A stretch of 64,000 nucleotides of DNA from Chiloscyllium plagiosum (GCF_004010195.1 NC_057718.1:47305535-47369534); one strand, 5' to 3'. Shown: positions 1 through 12,609, counted from the stretch's first letter. Numbers and translations are program-made. Notes: a model not told the origin generated them from the sequence alone.

Positions 1-116
1 CCCGTCCATGCTGACCCAGATATCCCAACCCAATCCAGTCCCATTTAGAGTCATAGAGATGTACAGCACGGAACCAGACCCTTCGGTCCAACCCGTCCAT
101 GCTGACCCAGATATCC

Positions 117-800
117 CATTGGTTCGGCCGCGTACTGTGTACAGTTCTGGTCGCCACATTACCAAAAGGATGTGGACGCTTTGGAGAGGGTGCAGGGGAG
201 GTTCACCAGGATGCTGCCCTGGTATGGAAGGTGCTCGCTATGAAGAGAAGCTGAGTAGGTTAGGATTTATTTTAATTAGGAAAAGGAGATTGAGGGAGGG
301 ACCTGATTGAGGTTTACAAAATGATGAGTGGCATGGATAGGATAAATAGACAAAGTCTTTTCCCTGGGGTCAGGGAGTCCAGCACTAGAGGGCAGTTTAG
401 GGTGCATTGGAGGCTGAGGGGGGACCTTATAGAGGTTTACAAAATTATGAGTGGCATGGATAGGATAAATAGACAAAGTCTTTTCCCTGGGGTCAGGGAG
501 TCCAGCACTAGAGGGCATAGGTTTAGGGTGAGAGGGGAAAGATATAAAAGAGACCTAAGGGGCATCTTTTTTCACGCAGAGGGCGGTACGTGTATGGAAT
601 GAGTTGCCAGAGGATGTGGTGGAGGCTGGTACAATTGCAACATTTAAGAGGCACTTGGATGGGTATATGAATAGGAAAGGTTTGGAGGGATATGGGCCGG
701 GTGCTGGCAGGTGGGACTAGATTGGGTTGGGATATCTGGTCAGCATGGATGGGTTGGACCGAAGGGTCTGTTTTCATGCTGTACATCTCTATGACTCTAT
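117..800 (+). mobile_element. CR1-clade LINE (HER1-like) 3' fragment with an internal tandem duplication of about 120 bp
   Basis: Frames read RPRTVYSSGRH / LRGDLIEVYKIMSGMDR...SSTRGHRFRVRG (CR1 ORF2 C-terminus). The IEVYK-MSGMDRINRQSLFPGVRESSTRG block occurs twice. Ends in a (ctctatga)-type tail. Bases 1-118 hold reverse-complement copies of the same tail. Confidence 0.85.
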
Positions 801-3029
801 GTTAACTCTAGTGTAAAAATAAAGCATGTTTTGCTTCAAGTTGGTAGTTTGACATATCAAATTGCAACTGGAATGCAACATCTTTCACTTACCTCTAAAA
901 TAAGAAAAAGTCAAGGTCTAGACTATCTTCTTAATATTTTTTGTGGGGATTTGGTCTGGCCCATAACAATAAGTTTTGGCACATAACATAAATATACCAT
1001 GTTATCAGTGGTGACTATCTAAAGAGACAACTTCAAGATCCAGGTGGTGGATATTTGAAAACTTCATTGAAAATCAACAGAATAGAGTCCTGAACATCAA
1101 AAACTTCAGACAACTAGCAGCATTAGCTGTTGGGAGTACAGACCTATAGTTAGGCATTGACTAGCCAGAGGAAAGAGACATTTTCTTTTTGATTGAAATC
1201 TAAATTATTTCAAGTTCGAAGACCTGTCTCTCTTAAAAAAAAGACCCTGCAGTTCTGTTTTAAAAAGAACACAACAATTTAATATAGCTACAATGCAGCT
1301 ACAAAGCTCTCCTGAAAGAAAGTTCAGATAAGCAACCACTTAGATATAGGTTCCTATACTAACAATGCACTACACTTTCCTGTGATTGGAGGTCAGTTGA
1401 ATCTGGAATCTTCTTTCCCCAGATTGATGCCTAGACAAAAGGAAGTCTACGTGATGTCAACACGCCTTATTTGGCAAAAACTCTTGCGAGATGTTGAATC
1501 CTGTAATGACAATTCTGCAATTTTCAATCTACAAGATTGTAGCTCTTCAAAATAGCACACTCTAAGGGACCTAAGCTTTCAAAGATAAGTGACAAGAAAA
1601 GTAAAATGAAACAAAAACAAAACAAAAAAAGGGAGGAACCAAACTTAGTGATAGATATACCTAAACATCGCACTTCTTTAAAACAAAACAAAAAACTCAA
1701 ATACAAATGGAAAAAAGAACATTTACTTATGGATTGGGCAGCCAATTACACCTTTCCTGAATTACAAATTTTTAAACAATATATGAAGTTTTATTTGACA
1801 GATCAAGCAATAAATGACTCTGGTAGAGATCTCTGATACCTTGCTTTTCATAGGGAATTAGGGTCCTCCCAGAATCAAACACATGGCCTTTCAGGGGACA
1901 ATCAGAAATATCCAGAAATGATCTGGAAGATACACAAAGCCCACCTCAAGATAAGAATTAGCTTCAGAGTTAACAATTCAAATTCATACCTGATAGCAAA
2001 ATTAATAAGCTATTGACCAGTTTGTTGGAAAGTGCTACAGCAAAGAATCTGAGTGTGATTTTTTTGAAGAGAATCTCTTAGAATCATTGAGATAGTTGTC
2101 ACTTCTACATCAATTAAGACTTCCAGGAATTATATTCTGGGCAAGAGAAAAGGTATACAATATGCATGTATAATACATAATTTAATACGTCAATAATACG
2201 TCACATGGTTGGGAAAGTCCTGTTCTGTTCTTTCTTCCATGCCAGGCAGAATTAAGGTCGACATTAAGTTGCATTACATTCGACAGTCTAATGCATCCTG
2301 AGATACCTGTAATACCATGATAAAAGAACATGGCTTCTCAAATAATTCAGATGGAGGACAAGTGAGAGATTAAGTGACAAGAAGGATGGGTTTGCAAAGC
2401 AAAAAGTGATAGTAATGGATTGTTTCTATTAGGTGAAGTGTTTGGAGCCCTGGATAGAGGGCAAGGAGAAGGGAGCTATTGCATCTTGTTTGCTTGAATG
2501 GGAAAGTGACATGGGAAGGTGGCCTGTTATTTAGAGGGAGTGAATGAATTGAGGGAGGAATTGCTCAATGTGAGAACAAGTTCAGCCAGGTACAAGATGG
2601 CAATCTGTTTGGATCTCCATTCAACAAAGAAGCAGAGAGCTATCAGATTGATCTGGTAGAGAATGGGATGGTACAGGGATTAGATGTTCATGGTGAAAAG
2701 GAGATATTTAAGGTCATGAAACTGGAAACTGTTAATGTGGAATGGGCATCAGAATAGATGCAAATGCAGGGACTGGTCGAGGCTAGAACATATAGAATTG
2801 AGACAAGAAGAAACAGGTTCTGTGTCGTATGAACAGCTAATATAATGGGTCTACCAGCTGATCCTGTTTGTGGACCTTGGAAGAGATGTAGAATTTGGTG
2901 TTTTCTATCTGAAAACTGTCTTTTTTTTCTCCGTGGATACTGTTGGACCTGCTGAGTTTTGGGAGAATTGGAGTTTGAGGCTGAGGAGGGAAAATCTGCA
3001 GAAGATATTCATATTCAAGTCCACACCAA

Positions 3030-3298
3030 CAATCTGAACTGTATTCCACTCAGACCCCCACTCTACCCCAGCATTTCCCATGACTAATCCACATAGCCTG
3101 CACATCCCTGGACACTATGGGGAATTTAGCACGGTCAATCCCTCTAACCTGCACATCTTTGGAATCTGGGAGGAAACTACAACACCCTGCAGAAACACTC
3201 TTAGACTCGCAAACTCCACACAGACAGTCACCTGAGGCTGGAATTGAAGCTGGGTTCTGCGCACTGTGATGCAGTGGTATTAACCACTGAGCTACCAT
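3030..3298 (-). mobile_element. HE1-type V-SINE (diverged)
   Basis: Reverse complement has a tRNA-like head (cagtggttaatacc...caattcc) and the V-domain (ccaaagatgtgcaggttag...gctaaatt). Confidence 0.8.
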
Positions 3299-4004
3299 AC
3301 TACCTAGAGATGGAGATGGAAACAATGGCCAAGTGCGAACCCAACATTTCAGTCATTTTCATTCTCTGCCCCATTCCCATTGCTTCCTACATTATTCCAA
3401 TAAAGCTTAACATAATCTCAAGGATCAGCCATTAATACGTCTATTACCCTTTAATGCCTGTTGGACTTAACACTGAGTTCAAATGTTCAGGCTATAACTC
3501 TGTAACTTTTTTCCCAGGCATTAGCTATTGGTGATAACTTAACAATCTATTATTACATCTCCTCTAGATCGATCTTTCGTCACTTTATTTGTCTCCTTTT
3601 GCATTGTACCATCATCCTTATTATTAATTACTTTCGCCTTGCTTCCACACTAACACAAACTTCCCCATTTCCTTTAAACTTCTTTTTTCCTTGCCTGTGA
3701 ACTTGCTTAAATACTCTTACATGCCGAACCTTTTCTTGTTCTGATGGAAAGTCAATAAGTGGAAAAGTTGACTCTTTATAGCTCTCCAAAGGCACTATCT
3801 GACCTGTTGAGTATTTCCAACATTTTCTGTTCCATTTACTGCAAAACATTTCCCAGAACATTAGCTTCTCTCCAGGAGATGAATAGATTGATTGGTTAAT
3901 GCTTTGTGGTTTACTTTTTCACGTTGTCTGGTTTTTGCAATTAACAAAATCACATTGATGCTCCTTCCACAGCTAAAAGCAAACTGAGATGTCCTGAAAC
4001 TACA

Positions 4005-4176
4005 GAAGTTTAGTTTGGTTAACGTACAGTTAGTGTCCACCACTCACAGCATGAGAGTGGTGGACACTAACTGTACATTGACCAAACTAAACTTCAAGAC
4101 AGCCATTGGAATATTGTGCATTCACCACTCACAGCATGTGAGTGGTGTATGCACAGTATTCCAGCGGCTGTCTTGA
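4005..4176. repeat. Two abutting long palindromes (arms of about 44 and 40 bp) sharing a CACCACTCACA-GCA-TG(T/A)GAGTGGTG apex
   Basis: 4005-4048 pairs with 4052-4095 (3 mismatches). 4094-4133 pairs with 4137-4176 (4 mismatches). Both loops are GCA. Confidence 0.95.
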
Positions 4177-4849
4177 TTCTTCATTCATTCTGCACTGGTC
4201 CACTATTTCAATTATCTACCACCCATAATTTTACAGGTGCCTTGCCTTATCTCATCTTTCTAATCAGTGTTCCCCCAATGGCTGCAAATGCCTGGTGTAA
4301 GGTTCCTTAATTTCAGTGGTGGAGAATACAGATGACCTAACAACCATTACACTGAGTGCTGCCTCAGTAATTTGATATAATGCATTGAAGCACCTGATTT
4401 CTGGACTGCTGTGAAATGCTGAGAGCTGCTTTGAGTATTAATACCAGTGCTCTGAGCTTATATGAAAATAAACTAGGATTTAATTAGATTATTCTGATCT
4501 TCAAAGCAGGAAGATATTGAATGACATCTACCAGTACTGCAATTGAATCTGAGGCATCAGTCATGGTCAGGTCAACAAGAAGTCTTATCAAATTGACCAC
4601 TATATCCACTCCACTAACTCTGGTTCCAAATACCACACAAAGCTCTGTGTCAAATTGGAACCAGACCACCTGCCCCAACCCATTCTCTTTGACAGTGCCA
4701 ACAGTCTCTAGTGGGCCAGCCAATGTCCCAAGTGTTTTTGTGTGAATCCCTATCAGTCTCTTCCTATTTACCACTTCCTCAAGATCTCCAAGCTGAACCC
4801 ACTGCCCTGTCTGCCATGCAGAGAGCTGGCCCCAATACAATCCTGGCTA

Positions 4850-5650
4850 CTGCTGATGTGTTCCCTTGAATCTGCTGCCTTCTGGTTGGTGGAGGTTGCA
4901 GGTTTGGTAGGTGCTGTTGGAGGAGCCCTGGTGAGTTACTGCAGTGTCTCTTGTAGATGATACACACTGCTGCCATGCTGCCATTGTCCACCTGATGTGA
5001 ATGGAGTGATGATTGAAAATAGTTATTCAAGGAGCTACTTTTTACTGGATAGTATCAAGCTTCTTGAATGTTATTGGAGCTGCATTCATCCAGAATAATT
5101 GAGAGTGTTATATCCCAGTCCCAGCTTGTGCCTTGTAGATGGTGGACAGGTTTTGGGGAGGCACGTGATGAGTTATTTAGCACAAAATTCTCGGCTCTGA
5201 CCTACAGTTGTAGCCACAATATATATGTGGTTGATTCCGTTCAGTTTTTGGTCAATGGTAACCCCAGGATGTTGATAGAAGGGATTCAGTAATGCTATTG
5301 AATGTTAAGAGGTAATAGTTAGGTTATCCTTTATTGGAGATAATCATGCCTGGCATTTGTGTGGCATGAATATTACTTGCCACTTATCAGCCCAGTCCTG
5401 GAATTTGTCCAGGTCTTGCTGCATATAAACAAGGAATCAATCAATATCTGAGGTCTTGCAACTGGTGCAAAACATTGTGCACTCATCAGTAAACATGCCA
5501 TCCATTTCTAATCTTATGATGGAGGTAAGGTCATTCATGGAAGCAGCTAAAGATGGCTAGATCTAGGGTACTATCCTGAGGAACTCCTGCAGAGATGATG
5601 TGGAGCTAAGATGACTGACCTCCAAAAAGTGCGATCATCTTCGTGTGTGT
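4850..5650 (-). mobile_element. Old CR1/L2-group LINE reverse-transcriptase remnant
   Basis: Minus strand retains decayed GVPQ.S.L / NDL / MF.D-like RT motifs around 5470-5590. No long ORF. Confidence 0.55.
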
Positions 5651-5966
5651 TAGGCAGGAAGATACAAGGGTAGGGTTGGTGTAAGTAAAGGGTACATGGT
5701 TACACCATTTCCAAATTGTAGATTATTGTACTATGTTGTTTGAAGTTACCAATGAGATGTTGCATTAGCCAGAAATATACCATCAGCCTCGCTGGTTTCA
5801 TCTCTGCCCATGGCCAATCATATGAATCATATAACATTTATACAAATGAAGAGCAATGGAGTTTCTTTCATTAGGGAGAGAACATGCAACCATGTCAGTC
5901 GCATGCCAGTTTGCTACTGCTACCACCTATTATAGGTGACCTTGTCCTGCAGGAAGGAGAGAAATG

Positions 5967-6445
5967 TTATAGATCCATAGAGATGTACAGCAAGGAAACA
6001 GACCCTTCAGTCCAACTTGTCCATGCCAACCAGATATCCTAACCTAATCTCGTCCTGTTTGCTAGTACTTGGCCCATATTCCTCTAAACCCTTCCTATTC
6101 AAAAAACCATCCAGATGTCTTTAAATTTTGTAATTATACCAGCCTCAACCACTTCCTCTGGCAGTTCATTCCACACACGCACCACTCTCTATGTGAAAAC
6201 ATTGTCCCTTACGTCCCTTTTACATTTTTGACCTCTCACCCTAAAACTATGCCCTCTAGTTCTGGACTAAAGTCTGTTTACCCTCATGATTGTATAAACC
6301 TCTATAAGGTCATCCCTCAGCCTCCAATACTCCAGGGTAAACAGCCCCAGCCTATCCAGCCTCTCCCTATAGCTCAAACCCCCCCAACCCAGGCAACATC
6401 CTTGTAAATCTTCTATAAACACTTTCAAGTTTCGCAACATCCTTC
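5967..6445 (-). mobile_element. HER1/CR1 LINE 3' fragment
   Basis: ORF 6267-6491 reads LSYRERLDRLGLFTLEYWRLRDDLIEVYTIMR. Same tail as 117-800. Another tail-only piece lies at about 6660-6845. Confidence 0.8.
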
Positions 6446-8295
6446 TGATAGTGTTTATGAGTGGACATTGTGATCTGGTAAAATGACCCACACAGTTAAA
6501 CAGCTGGCAGTAAATGCAAACAGGATATGTGAATGTATCCTGCAGCAGGTTTCGGTGTGTGAGGGCAAAGTGGCATGAGGTATCAACATGAGGTATGAAT
6601 TGAACTTGGAGATTTTTGCTCAGTGTGAGGCTAATGGTTTAATTGAGTGGCTACAGAGTGACAGAGTCATACCGAAAAAGGTCCTTCGGTCCAACTTGTC
6701 CATGCCAAACAGGTTTCCTAAACAAAACTAGTCCCACTTGTCTGTGTTTGGCCCAAGTCCCTCTAAATCTTTCCAATTTATGTACTTGTCTAAATATATT
6801 TTAAATGTTGTAACTGTACCTGCATCAGTCACTTTCTCTGGCAGTTTGAACCATTCTGAAGACTTTTAATCTTAAGTAGGACTCCATTTATTATTATCCT
6901 TGAGTTTAGAGTATTCACAAACCTGCCTTCTTAGGATCTGCCTGGTGGGCCTCCTGGTCTCCTTTAGGAAGAGAATCTCTCTCCTATTGTGCATCTCCTG
7001 CACCAAAGGCTCCAACGCTGCATCTGAAAAACTTGGGACAGGTAAGTTTATCATCATTTCAATATTTTTCAAATCAGTTCCAGCCCCATGTTGCAACCAG
7101 AATACCTCATTTTTAAAACGCAGCAGGTTGTTTATAGAAACATAGAATGATAAAGCACAAAAGGAGACTTTGTTTGGTGTAAATGTTTTTGTGTGTCCCA
7201 CTGAGGTGTGCACCCATTCAGCACACATTTAACACTGGGCTGCAGGTCACAGTCAACATTATCTGCAAGCTTCATGAAATTTATGTTTTGGCTGCTTTAT
7301 TTTGAACAGATATAAATTATTCATATATTATATTCCCAATCCCTAACTTTGAGGATCCTCTAATTTAGTTTCATTAATCTTATGTTTATTTTGCTATTTG
7401 AGGGGTCAAATTCAGAATTCCAATGTTGTAAAAGTTAATACTATTAAAGGGAATGTGTAGGGGTCCTGATCACCAGCAAGCCTGAGTCCACAATCTTTCT
7501 ATCTCCAATTTGACTGCCATCATTGCCTCTGATTAAAAACAATATGAAGATAAGTTTTAGTCATAAGTTCTAAGTTGTAGGCTTCAAAGAACTGCAGTCA
7601 TTGTAAAGTTACTGCATCTTTACACAGTTGTCAGGACTGCCTGGAGTTTGAATCCCACTCCTCAAATTTGAAACCAAACTCTGAAATGTACAGGATGAAC
7701 TAAGTGTACAGCATTCTTTAGCTTTCAGTTATTTCTTCCCCAGCTTGGAACTTGGAACATTGTATTAGGATCAGCTTGATACATCATTCTAACTGACTCA
7801 GCTGTTAAATTGCTGGTACAATCAAGATGAAACTGACCAAATCAGTGTTAATATCTTGGAGTTTTAAATCACTTACATTTGTGAGCTGTGATCTTTTACT
7901 GGTTTAAGACTCAATTTGCCCAAATTAGACCTGTTAACGTATCAGAATTTGAAAGCCTTTCAAATACTTTTGTGTTCAAATATATTTAACTTATTTAGAA
8001 ACTAATTAGTGCACACCAAATATCATATGAAATGATTCAGTATTTTTGAAAAGCCATAATCAATAATTTACAATTAGTAACTCAAATGGTGCACATTATT
8101 CTTAAATTGATTATTTTTGGTTATAAATATATTTTCAACTTTTACTAATACAATTGAACCAGATTACAACTCTTAAACCTAATAAAAATATTTTAATGGA
8201 AAAAGTACAGTAAAAAGGAAACAATTTTATGTTGTGTTTAATAAATTGATAGCATGGTTCAAGAAGATTTTACATTTGCAAATTACTTTTAAGGA

Positions 8296-9238
8296 GTTAA
8301 AAATCACACAACACCAGGTTATAGTCCTACAGGTTTAATTGGAAGCACACTAGATTTCAGAGCGATGCTTCTGACATGAACCCAAGGTCTCGGTTGAGCC
8401 GAGTGGCCGAGCAGAGGCTGATAGCTAAGTTTGGTACCCATAGGGAGGGCCTCAACCGGGACCTTGGGTTCATGTCACATTACAGGTGACCACCATTGCA
8501 CTATACACACACACAGATACTCCTACACACACACACTCTCACATACACACAGACCCACATACACACTGACGCACACACATACACACACTCCCACACTCAC
8601 ACATGCACCCCCTAACAGACTTAAGACACTCTGCACTCACTGCACACACAGACCTACACTTTCCCACACTCACAACCCCCAGACAGACAGACACACACAC
8701 AGACACTCAAAGACCCACATGCACACATATATTTTGTGAGGTGAATTTGTACTTGCAGGGTTACATTTTACTTTACTCAAAAACTGCATGCATTCATGTA
8801 GAACTCTGAGCTCAAAAACTGCATGAATTTATGTAAAACTCCGTTATCTCACTGTTTAGATTAGAATCAATCTAAGCATCATGGCATAGACAGAGAACAC
8901 AGGGTGCCAACACCTTCAACATATTGTCTAGCTATCACCATTGTTAACAGCTAACTTAACTTTTTAAAAAAAAGGTTAAGTGAAACTATCACGGTATTCT
9001 AACAGATGAAAGGCTTAACAGACAATCAATTTTTCAATGTATAATTTCAGTTACATCACACTGTAAATTTTTGCTATAAATTCTGTGTTACGATTGAGCC
9101 CTCCACTATCACCTGATGAAGGAGCGTCGCTCCGAAAGCTAGTGTACTTCTAATTAAACCTGTTGGACTATAACCTGGTGTTGTGTGATTTTTAACTTTG
9201 TACAACCCAGTCCAACACCAGCATCTCCAAATCATGAC
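8296..9238 (+). mobile_element. Penelope-like element 3' fragment with an inverted terminal-repeat copy, (CA)-rich tract and hammerhead motif
   Basis: 8400-8490 reads RVAEQRLIAKFGTHREGLNRDLGFMSHYR* (Neptune-type GIY-YIG C-terminus). 8296-8370 is the reverse complement of about 9120-9197. Flanked by TACTTTTAAGGA (8284-8295) and TACTTTTATGGA (9239-9250), a probable target-site duplication. Confidence 0.75.
9110..9144 (+). ncRNA. Minimal type-I hammerhead ribozyme motif (intact core)
   Basis: CAC-CTGATGA-A-GGAGC gtc GCTCC-GAAAG-CTA-GTG: stem I CAC/GTG, 5-bp stem II, palindromic AGCT stem III, predicted cut after CUA (9141). Confidence 0.7.
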
Positions 9239-9479
9239 TACTTTTATGGAAGCATCATGCACCAGTCAGGCATGAACCATTCTGAAATAATAACCACCAA
9301 GAACACTTGTTCACAGGTAAATACTGATGATTGACTCTGCCATATTGTGCATGATTTAATTGACTTTTAAAACCTCCAATTTTTTTCAAGACTGATTTCT
9401 GACAGTTACATCATGGACCTCAGGATAATTGCATACGGTCTCCCAACCTAATAAAATAATACATCAGTTATTTGATCAC

Positions 9480-9491
9480 AGTGACGTCACT
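9480..9491. promoter_or_regulatory. Perfect palindromic CRE/ATF site (AGTGACGTCACT)
   Basis: Exact TGACGTCA with palindromic flanks in apparently non-repeat DNA. Function not shown. Confidence 0.35.
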
Positions 9492-10619
9492 TTCCTGGCA
9501 GGAACATAAGGCTTGAAATGACTGGTGATGATATGAGTAGATACATTAGCATCTTCCTTAAAACATACCCACGTCTTACAACTCATAGGTTTTGTAATTG
9601 TTCTCTGAGTAAGATGTTTTTGTTCTGCTTTTTTTGACTTAGTTGTTCAAAACTTGCAAAATTATCCTTTGATGTCAATCCCATTCTCAAGTCATCTGTT
9701 GCTAATTGAGAGCAATATTAGAACAATTATGAATACTTAGTTAAATAAAGATGGAGATTATGATTGACTGGAAGGTAACTATTAATCCCTGGTAACAGTA
9801 TTCAGATCAAAAAAGCTAATTCAAAGAAAGGTATCAAAACAGCTCATATTAGAGGAACAAAACATGTAACATTCTAAAAACAAACTCAATGGGAAAAATG
9901 TTTCCTGCATATGCGTACCATGTAAAGTCATTGTTTACTTTACATATTATAATTCAGGTGATTTTTTTTAATGCACAAAAAAATTGTTTCCATAATTTGC
10001 TTAACTGTAAGCTACAAAAAATAAACCATTCTGACTTAATTTCCAGAAATAAAGTCCAGTGAAATACAATGACTGTACTTAATTAAAGAGTTTGTCATGT
10101 AACTGTTGCACTTTAAAAATGTGAATGTTGATCACAATGCCAGCATTTCTTATCCACTCCTAGCTGCCCAGAATTTTTTTCTTAATCAACTGGATCAAAG
10201 AAGTTATGGCACACCACTTAGAGCAGGTGGGACATGAACCCAGACCTCTTTGCCATGAGGTGGAGACACCTAGTTGTCCTGAATTTTTCTTTATTAACTT
10301 ATTTTTCTAATCCACTTCTTCAGAGATGTTATTATACACCTCTAGGGCAGGTGGGGACTTGAACCTGGGATTAATTTGGTCCAGGGTTAGGAACATTACC
10401 ACTTCACCAAGGTGATAGCATGATTTAATGTAACTTAGTAGATAGCTAGACCATTTCAGAGGATGCTTGAGTCATCCAAGTGTCAATTAAGAATTAATTG
10501 ATATTGTTTGTGGCATACGTAGGCCAGACCAGAGTAGCCGATTTCCAAAGCAGAAGGAAGACTTGCATTTACGCAAGTTTTAAAAATCAATGGACGACCT
10601 GAATTAATTCCAGATGCTG

Positions 10620-12609
10620 GTATCTTATGACCAAGTCACCCTTCATTTATATGTGGACAGTCCTTGACTACTGATCCAGGTCCCTCAGAGCCAGGTCTCA
10701 GAGTGAACAGGATGTCTGACACTCCTGTTTTTACCTGTCAGCCAGGGCTCCCTGGTTGGACAAGATTAACAGCCCCAGTCAGGGAGCTCATATTCTGTGA
10801 GGTCCATCTGACTGACCTCATTGCAATTGCTACATCCCTTCCCCTCTGAGTCTAAGGACATAGAGGGTTATTTTTATTGTAGATCTTCCTGGGGTGTTTT
10901 AGCGCCGGCTCAGGTTCCTCTGACTCTGCCTCAGATACATGTGACATGTAATACATAGTAGCTCTTGCACCTGGAGCTCTTGCACTTGGAGCATCTTGGA
11001 AGAAATTCATTCTCTTCTTCAGGTGGCAAAGGTATGGAGGCGGTAATATCCACCATGTCCATCTCAGATTCCAAGGTCTCCTCAACACTTCACAGAGAGG
11101 GAGATCTCACGGGGTCTGCCAGCCTTTCAATGTTGGGCATGTTTTGCTCCTTCCCCGTTTGCAGGATTGCTGTGTTCATACGGTCCACATGCTTGCTCAG
11201 GACCATTACACTCACCAAACTTTATACACCACTGCACCTGACCTCACACGACACTGCCTTTTACCCATACAGGGCCATTCCTATGGCTCTTATACCAAAC
11301 TTTGTCCCCTGAACTAAACCGTCTCTCGCTTAGTGGACTCGCATGTCTGGCATTGGCATTCCTGATGCAGTTTCACCCTACCCTCCCCCCAGGTCTGGGA
11401 TGATCAAATTTAACCTGGTTCAAAAACTTCTCCCCAATAACAACTCTGCTGGATCTATCCCTGTAGTTGCATAAGGGGTGGTCCTTTAATCAAATTAGAA
11501 CTTTAACAGCTTGGTATCCAGTGAGGCTGTAGGCTGTTTCTTTATGTCTATCTTCAAAACTTGGATTGCTCTTTCTGCCACTCCATTGGATAATGGATGG
11601 GTATGGAGCTGTCTTTGTATGTCGAATGCCATTAGACTTTAGGAAATAGTCAAACTCCCTGTTGGGAAATGATGACCTGTTATCTGTGACCAACACTTTC
11701 GGGAGTCCATGTATTGCAATAGATGCATGCAGTTTTCCTATTGTAACCTCTGTGTTTGACAAATGAACTTTATGCATGTCCAACCACTTTGAGTAAACAT
11801 CTACCATGACTAAGAACATTGAGCTAATGAAAAGACTTGCATAGTCGACATGTAACGGAGTCCAGGTTTTACCACAAATGTGGGGAGCGGTTGGCTATAA
11901 TTTTTGTCCTTCTCAGCATTCTGGGCCAAGTCCTCGATGGCAGGATCAAATGAGTCAAGCTTCCAAATCATAGCATGATGCCAGAAATGCTTACCTCAAC
12001 TCAAAACTACTATTGCAAGCTAATTTCTTCAGGAGCATGTTTTACACGCATAACCATTGAAATAAAACAACACGGTGGCTCAGTGGTCAGCACTAACTGC
12101 CTCACAGTGCCAGGGACCTGGGTTCAATTCTACACTCAGATGACTATCTGTGTGGGGTTTGCACATTCTCCCTGTGTCTGCGTGAGTGCCCATTGGATGC
12201 TCCAGTTTCCTTCTACAGTCCAAAGATATACAGGTTGGTTGGATTGGTCATGCTAAATTGCCCATAGTTTCCAGGGTTCTGCAGGATAGGTGGCTTAGCC
12301 ATGGAAAATGCAGGCATAAGGCAGGGGGTGGGTCTGGGTGGGATACTTTTCAGAGGTTTGGTGTAGACTCAATGGGCCACATGGCCTGCTTCCACACTGT
12401 AGGGATTCTATAACACCACAGAATCTGCTATCCTGTCACCCTTTCTTTACGTGTGGAAAGTCACTGACTCTGATCCAACTCTCTCAGAGTGAATAGGATG
12501 TCTGACACTTCTCTGTCTATATCTGTCAGCCAGGGCTCCCTGATTGGACCAGATTAATCTCTTGATATTCTATGAAGTCAATCTGGCTGACCTCATTACA
12601 ATCATTACA
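10620..12609 (-). mobile_element. Internally deleted Gypsy LTR retrotransposon remnant
   Basis: Integrase core (FLVMVDVYSKW...GLPKVLVTDN...F...FLKSNGIRHTKTAPY, 11490-11819). Polypurine tract 10835-10847 abuts a TG-starting LTR (10834 to about 10620). A second, diverged LTR copy in the same orientation lies at about 12430-12609. Confidence 0.8.
12071..12411 (+). mobile_element. HE1-type V-SINE nested between the Gypsy integrase remnant and LTR
   Basis: cacggtggctcagtggtcagcac head, V-domain, and ...cacactgtagggattcta tail. Confidence 0.85.

Noticed and set aside
1606..1836. Lys-rich 76-aa ORF
   Set aside because: A-rich low-complexity sequence, probably a decayed retroelement. No recognisable domain or splice structure.
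4045..4072. RAG 12-RSS-like pattern CACAGCA-12 nt-ACACTAACT inside the palindrome
   Set aside because: Heptamer matches 5/7 and nonamer 6/9 only. The second apex has no nonamer and no V/D/J segments are nearby, so coincidence is likely.
4005..4176. Pre-miRNA cluster or parvoviral T-shaped ITR interpretation of the twin hairpins
   Set aside because: The stems are near-perfect with 3-nt loops, unlike typical pre-miRNAs. The outer flanks do not pair, and no Rep or capsid remnant is visible.
8431..8809. His/Thr-rich ORFs
   Set aside because: Translation of a (CA)-rich tract inside a Penelope-like element.
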